NCBI GenBank assembly: GCA_000320545.1
Contig: ADNK01000824.1
Coordinates: 1-64,000 of the forward strand
Direction: 5' to 3'
From: Bigelowiella natans CCMP2755
Lineage: Eukaryota > Protista > Cercozoa
Length of the DNA: 64,000 nucleotides
Shown here one piece after another: positions 26,995-40,269 of this stretch (position 1 is its first letter; each line of letters begins with the position of its first letter). Position numbers and translations under genes: made by a program. The notes under the pieces were generated by a model, which was not told the DNA's origin, did no database searches, and saw nothing but the letters and a program-made list of their open reading frames with translations.

Positions 26995-29511
26995 TGGGAG
27001 AATGGATGCAACCGTGCCGATAGTAAGCCTTTCGTTGATCTTTGCAACAAGGAACTCGAAGAGTCTTCCATACAAAAACTTTGCCGTTGCATTTCGGACC
27101 TTATCAGCTTCCTGAACCAATTGTACTTTTATCAAGAACAGTCAACTTCTTAAGTTTTGGTTACCTGAAGCTTCAAAGCTACAAATGTTGAATCTCGACC
27201 TACAATGATCTCCTGAAACGATAAAGAAAGGATCTTCACATATATTCTCGACAGGATTCGTTTAGAATGACCCGAAATAACAGAGACTTTTCAAATTTTT
27301 TCTCCTTTAGACCCATGAGTTTGCATATTAGTGACAAACGCGTTTTGTCCGAGATTCGCTGAGATGTGAATATGATATGAAGGTTTTTTTGCAACAAGTG
27401 ATTGAAAAAGGAATACCGCAGTCTCAACAAATTTGCCATCCTGATTATCTATATCGATTGACAATTGTCCCAAATGTAAAACCGATGAAACTATTCCAAA
27501 TATGTTTTCCACCTAATTTGACAAGTGTGTGTATTGCAGACTGATTCAATCTGAACTTTAGTACGCACCTCCTTTTCCCTGAAAGAAAGTTGCCTCATCC
27601 TAGTTAATAATTCCTTCAGTTCGAATCTTTCATCAGATGGAGTTTTGTTCTCAGGCTGGTTCACATAGTTAAACTTGGCATTCTCTTTAAGGTCAAAGCG
27701 ATCCCTGTAAGATTTGATATTCCTTAGTAAAAGTCAAAAATATACAATGCAATTATTTGGATTACCTCCATTTCTTTGGAGCACTTCGACAAAGCATATT
27801 GAAGACATGATAATTACATTCACCTTTGTTCTGATATAACAGTGTTTAAAACCGACCAAAATAGCGCATACTTAACAATTTGAACCTGTCCAACAACCCG
27901 AGATCGCTCTAGAAGATACACACTTATCCTTGCGCTAGTTACACTTCCACGATTTGAAAAGCCCACTTCCATCCATTTTCCAAATCTACTTGAGTTATCG
28001 TTTCGCAATGTTCTTGCATTCCCAAAGGCTTCGAGAATGGGATTGGAAAGAAGGATTTCCTGCTCTACACCGCCCTTTCCTGTGCTCCCTGCTCGTCTGG
28101 ACATCTGGATGGAAAGCAATAAGCTTCATAGTCCAAATAGTTGCATGTGAATAGAGCAGCACCTCCCCAAGAAATTGAAGAATCAATTTGGTAGATTCTG
28201 TTTTCCCAGCTCCGCTCTCTCCACTAATGATGACAGCCTGACTCTTCTGGAATCTTACCAACGAGTTATAAGCAGTGGCGGCCACACTGCAAGCACACGC
28301 AATTAGTATGATTTTGATCCTATTGGATTTACGATGTATACTATTTCTGTATTGTTCACAGTCAAAACCTAAATATATGGGGGTCCTTAGATTTGAGAGT
28401 TTCGTCCTGTCAAATATGTTCAACATATACAACTTGTTCAGACCCAATTAAATACAAAATTAGATATTTGTTGAGAGTTACCGCAAAATTGGAGTATCTG
28501 TTTATATCTTCACTCGAATATATTGGCAACAGCTAAGAATATGAAAAGATTACTCGGATATCTGCAATTATTTAAAACATAGAAATAAATGTATCTCTTT
28601 TCATGTTCCAACCTTATACGGATTGATGGCGACCAAAATAGAACCCATCCATGTGTAAATTTGATCGGAAACGTATCTTTTTCTACAAAATTGTAAGTTG
28701 TACTTTAAGGATATTACAATATTATCCATTTTTTAGATTTATTCAAAAACCTCAGTTGATGATTGCACGCGGCTTCACCCATATCTTCCATGTCACCAAG
28801 ATTTTGGTAGTTTCCCTTATTTTTAAGATTGTTCATATTTTTGAGTGTTTCGTGCGCTATATTTTAGGGGTGCGGAACCTCTAATGTTTCGTTGATAATA
28901 TCTTGTAGAGGAGGAGCTTCATCCCATTTATTCTGTTTAAATTTTTTGGTAATACATACCTTTCTATGTAGACAATGCAACCTACCTCCGAGCTGTTGTA
29001 CTTAAATGGAAGTACTTTCTGCGTGTCCGGAGAAAAGAACAAACGTACCTTACAATCAAAATAGACGTATTCTTGATCAAGGACTCCGATTGTTGAAGTT
29101 AATGACTTACCCGGCCTTCTAACTCCATGTTAAGCTTTCCCGGTCTCTGCCCTTTTCGTATAGTTTCGATTGGAACGTAGTCTCCATCCATAAGTTGACA
29201 CTTATATCACGGTAAATTCAGGTATACGTGTCAAAAAGATCACTTTCGCGTAATTTAGACCTGGTATGTGCCATTGTGTACAACAATCGTCCCTGGTACC
29301 CATACATGTTCTTCATGTGGCAACCATTGGCGAATATTTTTGAAATCTTCCACTCCATCGTCCTACAAATTCCAATTTGAACTATTGATCATACAATGAA
29401 ATGCATGTATTGCCTCACACAAATGAAATGTGATGCTAGCAGCACGAGTATTTCATCTTTTTAATGCTAAAACTATTTACTGCCCACCACACCGACGATC
29501 TCAACAGTCAT
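20377..29511 (-). CDS. Unconventional myosin: motor, 1 IQ, coiled coil, SH3/KOW-like module, C-terminal MyTH4 without FERM
   Basis: P-loop GESGAGKTE, switch [11 protein letters not shown], switch [32 protein letters not shown] motif [14 protein letters not shown]. MyTH4 motifs [64 protein letters not shown]. Ends PPPLPPTT*. Dozens of short introns. Confidence 0.93.
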
Positions 29512-29942
29512 CAACAGAATGTTTGAGAATAAAAATGAATTTCAATTTCAATTTCATCATCCTGCGAAGGGAAGATGTGCAGTGGGAAAAGAGCAGCCAC
29601 ATCTAAAAATGTGGACCATTTCTTCCTAATCTCCACGCTGGCTTTGCTTGCTCCGGGTCCCGGACACGCTTAATTTTTGCTGTAGCGCAGCATTGTGCTA
29701 CTGGAGCCCGGTGAAATCCTTGAACCAGGGGGCGAAACCCACTGCGACAAGCTAGAAACTTGCACCATCCTACGAATCCGCGGGGTCCACAACTAGTAGA
29801 AAAGCGAACTGGAGCTTGCAGAGAGATTTGTGTCATAAGTCCAAAGTAGTACACCGAATTTAGACCCGAAGGTGCGTGAGAATTGGTCCTTGCGACAACA
29901 TGTAATGTCATGTCGCTAGGGCAGCATGCCTCTTGTACGTTA

Positions 29943-30557
29943 TCGGAGATTCCAGGAGAGCAATCCCCATTTGTTTGCCGAGAAGATGATCAAAGCGCTG
30001 TTTTCAAAAACGTTTTGCAGAGCGTGAGGATGCGGCTGGGATGCTGCGATCCCTGAGTGAACCAGTGTCAAGTCTCCTGAAATCAACAAGTTTCAGCACG
30101 TGCCGTCTCTTTTTGACTTGCCACTTGAGCGTGCACGGAACAATGAGTGGACACCTTGTTGGATGAAAAGTCGCAATGAACACGAATTGGTCAACCAATG
30201 AATCAATTGCTCGTTCAATTGCAATCGACAACAGCGTGTGCCAGTGTGGGCGCTTGCTAGTTTGTTTGATCTCGCGCGCATGTTCATGGTTTTGTGCAGC
30301 TAGTTGTCATGCACTGCTAGGCTGGAGCAACAATTTGAACGCTCTCCAGCTGCGGGGGTGGCGCAATCACCAAGCACAAATCGCAACCATGTGGCGTCCA
30401 CCACCCTGCTTGCTGTGCAACCAAGGAAACATGATGCATCAACGTGCACTACTTGTCAATGCTGTGCTCCGCGCCGCACCGCTAGCTTCTCATGAATCAG
30501 TGGGAACATGATCATGATTTGAAAATTTGAGAAAGGACTCTGTGTTCACAGTGGATT
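29943..30557. other. TpA-erased, CTAG-sparing intergenic island (clearest of about seven in the window)
   Basis: Manual count: 5 TpA in 29943-30600, four in CTAG and one in CTAC; none in 29943-30256. Confidence 0.85.
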
Positions 30558-31911
30558 TCATTGAAGAACGCACGTGGAGCTCTTGACGTTGTTGTCGCCC
30601 TTAGATGCTTGTTTTTCTTCCTCGTTCTTGATTTCGATTTCCATTAGGAAGATGGCGGAGACGGGTTTGTGATCTGATGTGCGAATACTTGCTGTGTTGG
30701 AGTATTGCATGCATTCCACGACTCCCTTCTTGTCCTTCCATAGGATGCGGTCCGTCCATGAAGGTACTCTTTTCTTCTTAGACGAGTCGTAGGAGTTAGT
30801 GCCAACATCAAATTTATATGTGGGAGGAAACGTCAGCGGCGCCTCTTTATACCCGTCAAAGACCTTGGTAAGGAAACAATTTGTAATGATTCAGAGAGTT
30901 TCACAGCAGATAGAAATAGTGAGGGAAAACTGGAGATCCAAAGTATGAGCATACACATGAAGGAGAAGGAAAGGGGGAAATTGAACACAAAAGAGATAAT
31001 CACCTTCTTCTCCAGTTGCTGCTGCTTGAGCTGTTCGTTGAGTAACAATGGCTCGATGTTATTATCTCTTAAAAGAGTGTCCGCAATGGCACGGTTGCAA
31101 AGGCACCGATAGTTCAGGTCTCCAGCCCAAAATGTGAAGTCGAACCTGCGTTTACATGATATTTTGTGGTGGTTCAAATTATTTTCTCCCCTACCCCCCT
31201 CGCACTCTGCCCATTATCCCCTCCTTTTCCTACCTGTCAGAACAGGCCTTCGGGCCATTACTACTCTTTCGCATGGGGAGGCGCTGCTCGATACTGTGGA
31301 AGTCGGCGTTGCGTAGCTCTACCTTGTCCACAAAAGCATGAAAGTGCGATGTGATGAAAAGGATGCTTGACTTTCCCAGTGTGAAAGACAACCCAATACC
31401 GCCCTTGTTGCCCACGAGGTTAACGAACCCCGTTGGGACGTATGACTTCTCTACTTGTGACAGATGCTGTGCCAGCGCCTTCCGAATGAAAACGATTCCG
31501 TGAAGAGCCACCATGTATGTTGAGTCTACACGCACGTAGTCCTCACTGAATATGCCCATGAGCTGTGCTTCCCATCTCGTCGTGTAGTTGGTGAGTATGC
31601 TTTCCTCGATCGACGCGCCGCACTCCTGCGTGCCGATCATGTATATGTCGTACAGCCCTACCGGAATGAAGTACCTAGCACGATAAAATTGTACAATTAG
31701 TGGAAGGAATCGGACGCCGACAGCGGAGTCAGAACTGATGGAAGCATGAAATGCTTTGTCTGTAGCTGTTTGTACACCGTCGTCAAGTTGTTAACAAGAG
31801 GGGTATGTGCATGCATATTGAGCATTTGTGAAGATTTTAAGGCTACGAAAGCTCTGCCTGCTTTTTTGGATCAAATAGTGGTACAGATACTTCTCTCCCC
31901 CCTCCCCCCCC

Positions 31912-31983
<72 letters not shown>

Positions 31984-34245
31984 TTGCCTTCCGACTAGTA
32001 AGCAGCTATACGACTAACGAACCCTAGGTCTTTGGGAGGGTCACGGCCACTAAGGTTCCAAGTGCCGACGAATGCTTTAAGTTCCATGCTATTCTTTTTT
32101 TGCTTTGTCTGGGACTCCCGGCGCTTGATCAGGCGCTTCAGGTCGCCTTTTGGAGGAATCCCGCTCTTACTGTAGTAGCAGCAGACGCGAACGGCTCCGT
32201 TGCCATTGCTCAATTCTGCCCAGCGACATTGTACCGACACGGGAGATGAAGACGATGACGACTGCCGGTCAAGATCCTTTAGGAATTTAAGCGAGAGGAA
32301 GGCCTTTCCTTGCAGCACCGGTATCGATTCTTCAGCCTCACTCTGCTGCTGCTGCTGCGTCCAGACTTCGATCGTGGCGTAGGCTGGAAACTTATCACCA
32401 CCACTATTACTCGTAGTGTCACTCTTTCCGCTACCACCATCCTCTAGGATTTTTTTCTCCTCCCCTTCCTCCTGCTTCCCCCTTCCTCGTTTCCCCCCTT
32501 TTCCTCTTTCTCCTCCTGATCATTATTTCCTTTCTCATCCCTATCTTCCTTTTTCTCTATCTCTTTCCCCTCTTCATTGGCGCCACCACCGAGGTCGGCA
32601 GAGCCTCCTTCTCCCTCTTCCTTCTTTATCGTACTCGTTCCAAGGAGGTTGCGCACGCGGCCTTGTTTCATACGGTTCACTGCCGTTTTCAAGCTGACAT
32701 AGCGTGCTTTTTCACGGAGAGGGCCTTTGGGTGTTACGAAGGGTCGAGACATCAAGGAGCTGTCCTTGTCTGCCATTCCCATTGAGACCCACACCTAGAA
32801 TAATGATGATGATAATGATAATAATAGTAAATCACCAAGGGGAAAACCGAGGAGGTTCAACGAGAGGAAGCTAAATGCGGCAAAATCTATCTGAATAGTA
32901 TTCCTGCTTCTACCGATTAAAGGCTATCAGTTACGGCGAACTACCACTCTTGACTCCATCGTTCGGATTGAAAACTTGGCTCTGAGTGGTACCATGTACA
33001 GGATCCCTCCTGCGCCATTTTCTTTGCTTTCTTTTGCAGTCTTCTGTCAAATCGTGTAGCGTAGTGAATGATGAGCCCCGTTAATAATCGCCAGATTTTG
33101 TTATAATACACTCACACCAATTCACTACATCACCGCCCCCCCCCCCCCCCCTCTCTCTTCTATTTGTCCGGCAACACATAGAGTGATATAGATTCATCAT
33201 TTGTTTTATGGTGTAAAAACATCGCTGTAACAATCCACTCACCCACCCACCTACCTCGATAGCAGCACTAACATCCCCGTTGAAATCCATAGCCAGGTCG
33301 GCATCTATCATATCCACACGTTCCTTCCCTCCCGACTTGCCAAGTGTTTCTGCACCGTCCTTTCTATCCCCCCCCTGTTCTTGCTCGTCATTCCTCCCTC
33401 CTATTTCTTCATCATCTTCTTGGTCCCACGGATCACCTTCCTCCTCGTCGTCCTCCTGCTGCTGGTTTTTCTTTTCCACATTCTCCTCCCTGTCTTGCTC
33501 CTCTTCCCAGGGGTCAACACCACCTTCTACTTCTTCTTCCTTCCTATTCTCTTTCTCATCGTCGCCTCGCTCCCAGGGGTCAACACCTTCTTCTTCCGCA
33601 TCATTCCCGACCTCTTCCTCCTTGATTTCGCCCCCCCCCTCCTCCTTCTCATTGTTTCCCTCTTCTCCGGCGTCCCACGGGTCGACGCCTTCTTTTTCCT
33701 CTCCTGCCACGTGTTCCTCTTCTACTACATGCACCTCGTCCTACGGGGGATGATGCAACAAGGTAGTAAACCCAAGCGGAATACGACATAGTAATAATGG
33801 CAATAATAATAATAGTAATAATAATAAGCTCAATATCGATTAAACAGCAACTTTCTAATATGGGAACAAGTGTGACAGAATATTGATTCTGTTCTACCGT
33901 TTCTGGCGAGCCGCTCCCTGAATGTTTGGTTTGATCTTGAGCATCCACCCCAACGCTGCCATTGCCGTCATCAACTCCAACCTCCGCAGCATCAGCATCC
34001 TTCCCATCGATTTCGCCACCATCACGAGGAGCCTCAGAAACACCAGTGGGGGCAGCAGAAGAAGGATTGGGCGTTTCCTGTATTTGTTCAGATCCAATAT
34101 CCTGAACCGTGGCGCCATTTTTCTCCTCCTTCTCCTTCTCCTCCCTCTCCTTCTTAGCTTCTTCGTTACCAGCTACATAGTCACATATGAGGAAACAAGC
34201 GGTTATAATCACACACACACACACACGCGTGCGCGCGCGCGCGCG

Positions 34246-34293
<48 letters not shown>

Positions 34294-34500
34294 ACTACTC
34301 ACCAGATCGTTGATTGGCATCGATGTTTACATCCCCAGACTCTTGCTTCTGATTAGAGAACATAAGCGAGAGCGTCACTACGAATACGAATACCAACATA
34401 ACTCGCACACAGATCGTACTTTTCCTTCATTGTCCGGGATTTGTTCACCATCTTTTCCAGGTTCCTTCCCACTGGAACCAGCTGCAGAAGTGTCTTCCAT
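30558..34500 (-). CDS. INPP5E: Inositol polyphosphate 5-phosphatase, INPP5E-like, with acidic DPW-bearing N-terminus, C2-like region and C-terminal CaaX
   Basis: Motifs FVGTWNL, IYMIGTQEC, GNKGG, ITSHFHA, FWAGDLNYR, PPTYKFD, RVPSWTDRILW, SDHKPV. Ends KSSTCVLQ* (CaaX preceded by SS, as in INPP5E). Confidence 0.88.
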
Positions 34501-35444
34501 ATTTTTCGTGGGATCGTTGTGTTGAGCCGAACTCATCGATCGGCAAAGAAATCCTGTCAGATAGAGGAAACAGAGGAAGATTACAAGGAGAAGGAGGAGG
34601 GACGACTGAAAGGTAATCAGTGTGTCTCGGTGAGTAAGAAGATCAGCAGCCTTATGTATTCAGGTTTCGTGCCCTCCCAACATGTGGTGCTTGTAGATAG
34701 ATGCACTTATCTACGAATCGAGGGACATTTTGTTTGTTTTTCCCTTCGTTTCGAATATCAATACCTAATTTATTCTTACAGTCTTTTGAGCAAGGCGACA
34801 GTTGGCGCTATGACCGAACTCAGCTGCAGAGCAGGTCACGAGTTCGGCTCCATTTCCGATCTCGAAAAACCTACTTTCTACGATGTGTCTGTCTGGATCA
34901 TCATCAGAGAATCAGCATCTTAGGCCGATCATTTCCCCATTCATGTATATACATTTCGGTCCTATTTTCAACTAAATATGCCATCCCAACCGAATTCTGC
35001 AAAAAACGCCCGCTCCCCTTAGAACTAAATACATTTTTCCTTGCGACACAATTTTACATATGTCGCAATCTGATAAAGGCTCCTTCTAACCGAGCGGGGG
35101 TACAGAATCCCAAGAAAACACATGCTATTTAACGTAGAAGACATGATTTCACATTAATTCGTCGCTGACAAACGACCGTAACTAAGGTAACGGCTGTGAG
35201 TCGTTTTCCAGGTCGAAAACTTCACCGGAAAAAAGCCATTTTGACACATTATATGTCATTTATTCACGTCGCTCGCATATAAATTGAGGCTTTTCTTATT
35301 GCTGAATTCCGTCTGTAGGCGAGTTTTGTTGCTGACACAGGGGGGGAGGCACTCCCTACAACCTTCAAAACAACTCAGCAAAACAATTCAAGGTCTTCGA
35401 AAAGAAAGTCCATCCTGACCGACGCCGCTGGGTGTTGCCCGAAG

Positions 35445-38073
35445 ATGGACGCTGAAGACAATTACGGTGACGATAATGCCGAAGGTAGTTGCAATATTTG
35501 CAAGCCATTTTGTTCGCGTTTCGTACAACTTATGCAATTCAACTCGAAAGAAATATGTTGCAACACCTTAATCTACATGCTCTGATAAGGGCGCATTCGC
35601 CAAATATCCAATCATCAAAATGTTCTCACCCCTTCCCGGCGCATAACAAAAAAAGGTGAAGGGCAGGATCAAGAGAAGGGCGAGCAGCTTGCCGCCGATG
35701 AGAACGCACAAGCAGGTCTTGTTAGTGTTTATCTACTCGTTTACAGACAGGCACATGCAAGCAAGAAACGCCCACACGCACACACGCGCACACACGCCCG
35801 CTCGCACGCAGATATCATATCATGATAATTAATATATTTTCCTAGAGGAGAGAGGCACGGGCGTGCGCACTGTACCCCTCCTTACATTCCTTGATAATTA
35901 CAGACGCGAAGAGCCAGGCCAGTGGTGTAAGCAGTAGTTCGCGGGAGGCGACCCCTGATCCTGTGATATTGCGACTCAAAAGGGCCAATGCAAAACTGAG
36001 GAAGCAACTAAAGGAAATGACGAGGATGATGGACGTCGATATAAGGAGACGTGCCGCAAGAAAGGGGAAGGAGGTGCTCAACGTCGACATGAGCGAGGAT
36101 CCAGATGCGATTGCAGAAAAACTTGCCCACGCACAAAAGAAATTAAACGTCTTTCGGAAGGAAAACCAGAAGCTGAAGAGAATTGTGAGGAAGTCTAAGC
36201 CAGAGGAAGTAACGAAACTCCAGAATCAAATCCACGTGCAGGAGTTGAAAATTGAAGAAATAATTTCGAAGAACAAGATGCTGAAGAGGGAAAGGTGACG
36301 TACAATATACTTTTCCAGGACTGCGCTGTGAGTCAGTTTATGCTAATGCTGTCCTGAAATATTACTTCTGCCGAACTTTAATATTGCTAAATATTGATTT
36401 AACATCTCAATGTTGCCTTTTGTTCGTGGTTTTGATGATAAACTTAGGCGGCAGATCAAAAAGGAAATGAAAAAGGTTGAGGAAGGTTTCGAGATGCTCC
36501 CGGAAAAAATGAAAAAGCTTGAAGATGAGGTTGTTGTTTTCAAATGAAATTTGGAAAAGAGAGAGAGCAACGGGGAGGTTCCGAACATATGATCATTGCT
36601 AAGGGTGTAGGAAAAACATTCATTTTGAAGGAAAATGTATTTCCGAAATAAACAGGTAAGGCGATACAAGGAAAGGTGCAAGGAGTATGTGAAGAAGTTT
36701 GACGATCAAGAGAAGAGCAGTCGTTGGCAGCGACTGGAAATGGGCAAATTAGAGGATAAACTCAAGCGAATAAAAGCAAAGAGAAAGAGCAGAAAATTAG
36801 GCGAGGGCTCTAATGCAGGTTGGGCCTTTTCTCTGTTGCTACCAGTTTCGAACATAACCCAAAATTCTCAGCTTTGAGATTTTCTTTTCTTATTATGTCT
36901 TTGTCTCTTACTCGCTGCGACACTACAGTGTTGGAGAAAAAATACCAAGCCATGGAGAAGTTGGAGGAGAAGCTTAACAAAGCGAAAGAGCACCTGCAGA
37001 AGTAAGAGGCAGAATATTACTTTTGCATATTTAAATAAGATCGTCGCCAATTCATTGAAACGCAACATTGCACCTTGTCACCCCGTAGTAGTAGTCATTT
37101 ATAATTATACCCTAACCCTATGCCAACTTTAAACAGCGAGAAAAAGAAGTTGATGCGCATAATCAAGGGCAACGAGCGCAACATGAAGAAACAAAACAAG
37201 GAAATCGAGCGGATGCAAGCTGAGATCGAGAAAAGGGACACAGAAATTCGACTCCAGAAGGCAAAATTCAGTGGCAAGCTGAGGGAGAAAATTAAAGAGA
37301 AAGAGCACGACTTCAGCGTAAAACTCAGAGAAGCTCTGCGCGCGAAGGACAAAGAGATCAAGATTCAGGCTGAGAAGATACGTGACCTTCAGAAAGTCGT
37401 TCCTACCGGAAAGATAGCACCACTGGGTCGGCAACCATCGGTGAATGGAAAAGGACAGAAGAGACCTATCCTCCCGAGGAAGAAAACCAAGGCTAGGAGC
37501 GAGGTGGCGCAGAAAGTCGCTGCGGAAGAAGAAACAAAAGCTACGATGCCAGCCGAGGAAAAGAACGCGAAGCGTGATGCGGACGTGGATGAAGCCTCAA
37601 CAGCTAATGTCGATCAGCAAGTGGTGGAGGAGGAAGAGGAAGATGATAACAACGACAACGGTGGAGATGAAGTGAAAGGGGAGAACGAAGATGACGATGA
37701 GGCAGGAGACGCCGATGAAGGCAATGATGAGTCCGGCAATGCCGATGGAGGCAACGAGGAAAGGGGAGGCGCTGATGCGGGCGATGACGAGGTAGCCAAC
37801 GCTGATGGGGGCAATGAGGAAATAGGAGACGCTGATGCGGGTGATGATGAGCAAGACAATGCCGATGAAGGTAACACAGAGAACGCAGACGAGGAGATCA
37901 AGCTGGAGGCACAAGTAGAGCTTGTCGATGATGACGCTGGGATTTTGGTAGACGAAAACGATGACGCAGATAATAAGAACGATGTAAACGTAGACGATGA
38001 AGACGATTTTGGATTAGACGAAGAAGATCCTGCAGTTAAGCTGGATGATACGTATGGGGAGGACGACTTTTAA
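35445..38073 (+). CDS. Coiled-coil protein, lebercilin (LCA5)-like, with a long acidic tail
   Basis: Exons include about 35902-36295, 36448-36529, 36656-36818, 36929-37000, 37137-38073. VTKLQNQIHVQELKIEEIISKNKMLKRERRQIKKEMKKVEEGFEMLPEKMKKLEDEVRRYKER resembles the lebercilin domain. Family call is tentative. Confidence 0.65.
37711..37875 (+). repeat. Coding 30-bp tandem repeat (5.5 copies of AD[EGA]G[ND][DE]Exxx)
   Basis: Units start at 37711, 37741, 37771, 37801, 37831 and 37861, each with GCY GAT GNN GGY. Confidence 0.85.
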
Positions 38074-38154
38074 AGGAAAAACGTGTCATCAGATAGCCTT
38101 GTCGTCACTTTGCCTTATTCAATTGTTCCGAGGCGTTCTTTGGGAAACAAATTT

Positions 38155-38206
38155 AAAACAGGAAATTGTCGTTCCTAAGGAGGTCCAAAACACAATTTCC
38201 TGTTTT
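38155..38206. repeat. Perfect 15-bp inverted repeat with a 22-nt spacer
   Basis: AAAACAGGAAATTGT (38155-38169) and ACAATTTCCTGTTTT (38192-38206). Confidence 0.85.
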
Positions 38207-39929
38207 GAAATGCATCAATGAGTCCGACATAGCACCCCTTGCAGTTCTGGAAATATTTTTACCCGTTTGTAAATCTGCATGAATGTGGAGCTCCGGATGG
38301 CTCAATTGTGCACAATGTCACATTAACAGAGAGAAAAAAAACAATCGTTCGATCGTTGAGTTTTAGTTCTCATATGTGCACGTCTACTAGTTGTGTGTAC
38401 ATGTAGCGCAAGGCTATGTAAATAGAGCAACATTTGATTCAAATGAGTAGTCAGCACAGCGTATGACTAGTACGTAGCACATGGCCACGCTATAAGCAGT
38501 GTTTTCACTTCACAAAGAAAGGCTACGACGCGCGTAAAGACTGAATGCCGTACACTTCGTGCACGTGCCCTTATAGTTGTATGGGATGCACCCTCCGGCC
38601 TACCCTCAATATAATGATATGCTGTGTACGTACGTTGTCGTTAGAGAGCAGGGATAATAGACACAGCAATACACAATATATATATTATATATAGAGTGTA
38701 TTGCATGTCTATCATAGGGTAGTAGTATTTGTTCACATATTGTGGCCAGAGTCTATGAAGATCGATCCATTTATTAGCATGCGCAACCAATAATTATATA
38801 CAGTGTGTCACAGCGCCGCCCGCTTTAAACGATATATATAGCTGCTAGCACGTAAGAATGCCGGCTGGTCATCACTTGTTATAAATCAAAAGACAAAGCG
38901 CTCTCCAAGCGTGATAATGATTATAATGGCGCCTTTTTTTTCCGCAATCGTGCGTATTATATTTATGCAAAAGCATTTTTATAGATTTGGCAACGTGTGA
39001 TACGATACGCGGGTAACTAATAAAATAGATGCACTATCTCGGCGGGTCGATGTTGATGCGATGAGCCTCTCCAGATCGGCATCGATCCGTTTCACAGCCG
39101 AATGCGAATGAACCACCCAATTGAAGTTTTTCACCGAACATTATTTGGGACGATTCCGACCTACATTGTTATGATGTTCAGGGATAAGTGGTGTGCCCGC
39201 ATAATGCATCATTATTTTGGTACTGCCAGAGTATGCGCTCAATTGCGCGTCTGATATACCAAACATGCATGCCACATGTATGCACGTCTGTATGTAAATA
39301 GGGAGAGAAGAGAGAGAGAGAGAAAGAGAGAGAAGAAAAAGACAATAAAGGAATATGCATCATCAGATATGTGCCGATGTATAGGAACACAGCACCTCCA
39401 TATTGTGAATAATCGAACGAGGAGCGTTAATCTGTCGCACCTCTGTAATAAATGTATGATGATAAAACAACGACGATGCGATTATTCCAACTCCAAAACA
39501 TCTAACATAGAGTTGAGGAAATATCATTGACCACCTTGGCATATTGCACAGTAGTGGCAAAAGCAATGGAATAAGCAGTCTTCGCACATTGACCCCTGCG
39601 TTAATGTTCCACAACAATAAGACAAAACGTCCGCAAAGCAATTGTGCTGCTTTCTTGTAGCGGTTGGAAGGAAGAGTATGGCTTCCACATGATGGCTCAA
39701 TGATGTCTTATGTTCGCCTTTGTGTGGAAACATATTTAACATATATTGACAGCTACTACTACTACTACTACTACTTCTACTACAACCCGTATGTCGTACA
39801 CGGCCCGAACAGCTTGGCGTCCGCGTGCCCCGATGATAAATAAGAAGAGAAGGCACATCCACAGCACCACTTGCTGATTTAAATACATACACAACATCAA
39901 AGCTCTGAGGACTTCGTTCCCCATTCTAT

Positions 39930-39969
<40 letters not shown>

Positions 39970-40269
39970 GAAGTAGGAGGAACAGCATGAGTACTGCGGT
40001 CGTCCTTTATTGCATTGAGTAGAGGGGATATATGCGGAGTGATCTCATTGAGCTGCGAAACGAAATTAGCTGATAAGGTTTCTAGTGTATACCCAGTTGG
40101 ATCGTGCGATGGCGACAAAGATGAAGATGATCATCAAAATCCTGTGATATGCAACACATTGGTGTTTTCTACGGAACACTGTTCGATGTTGATGTTTGGG
40201 AATTGCCGCCCTCGCCTCACAGGCAGCTCAAAGGCGGGACTAGGGAATCAAGCAGATTGGACGACTTAC

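Noticed and set aside
29943-30600. CpG-methylation decay or fungal-type RIP as the cause of the TG/CA richness
   Set aside because: CpG remains common (e.g. ctcgcgcgca), and RIP would create TpA rather than remove it.
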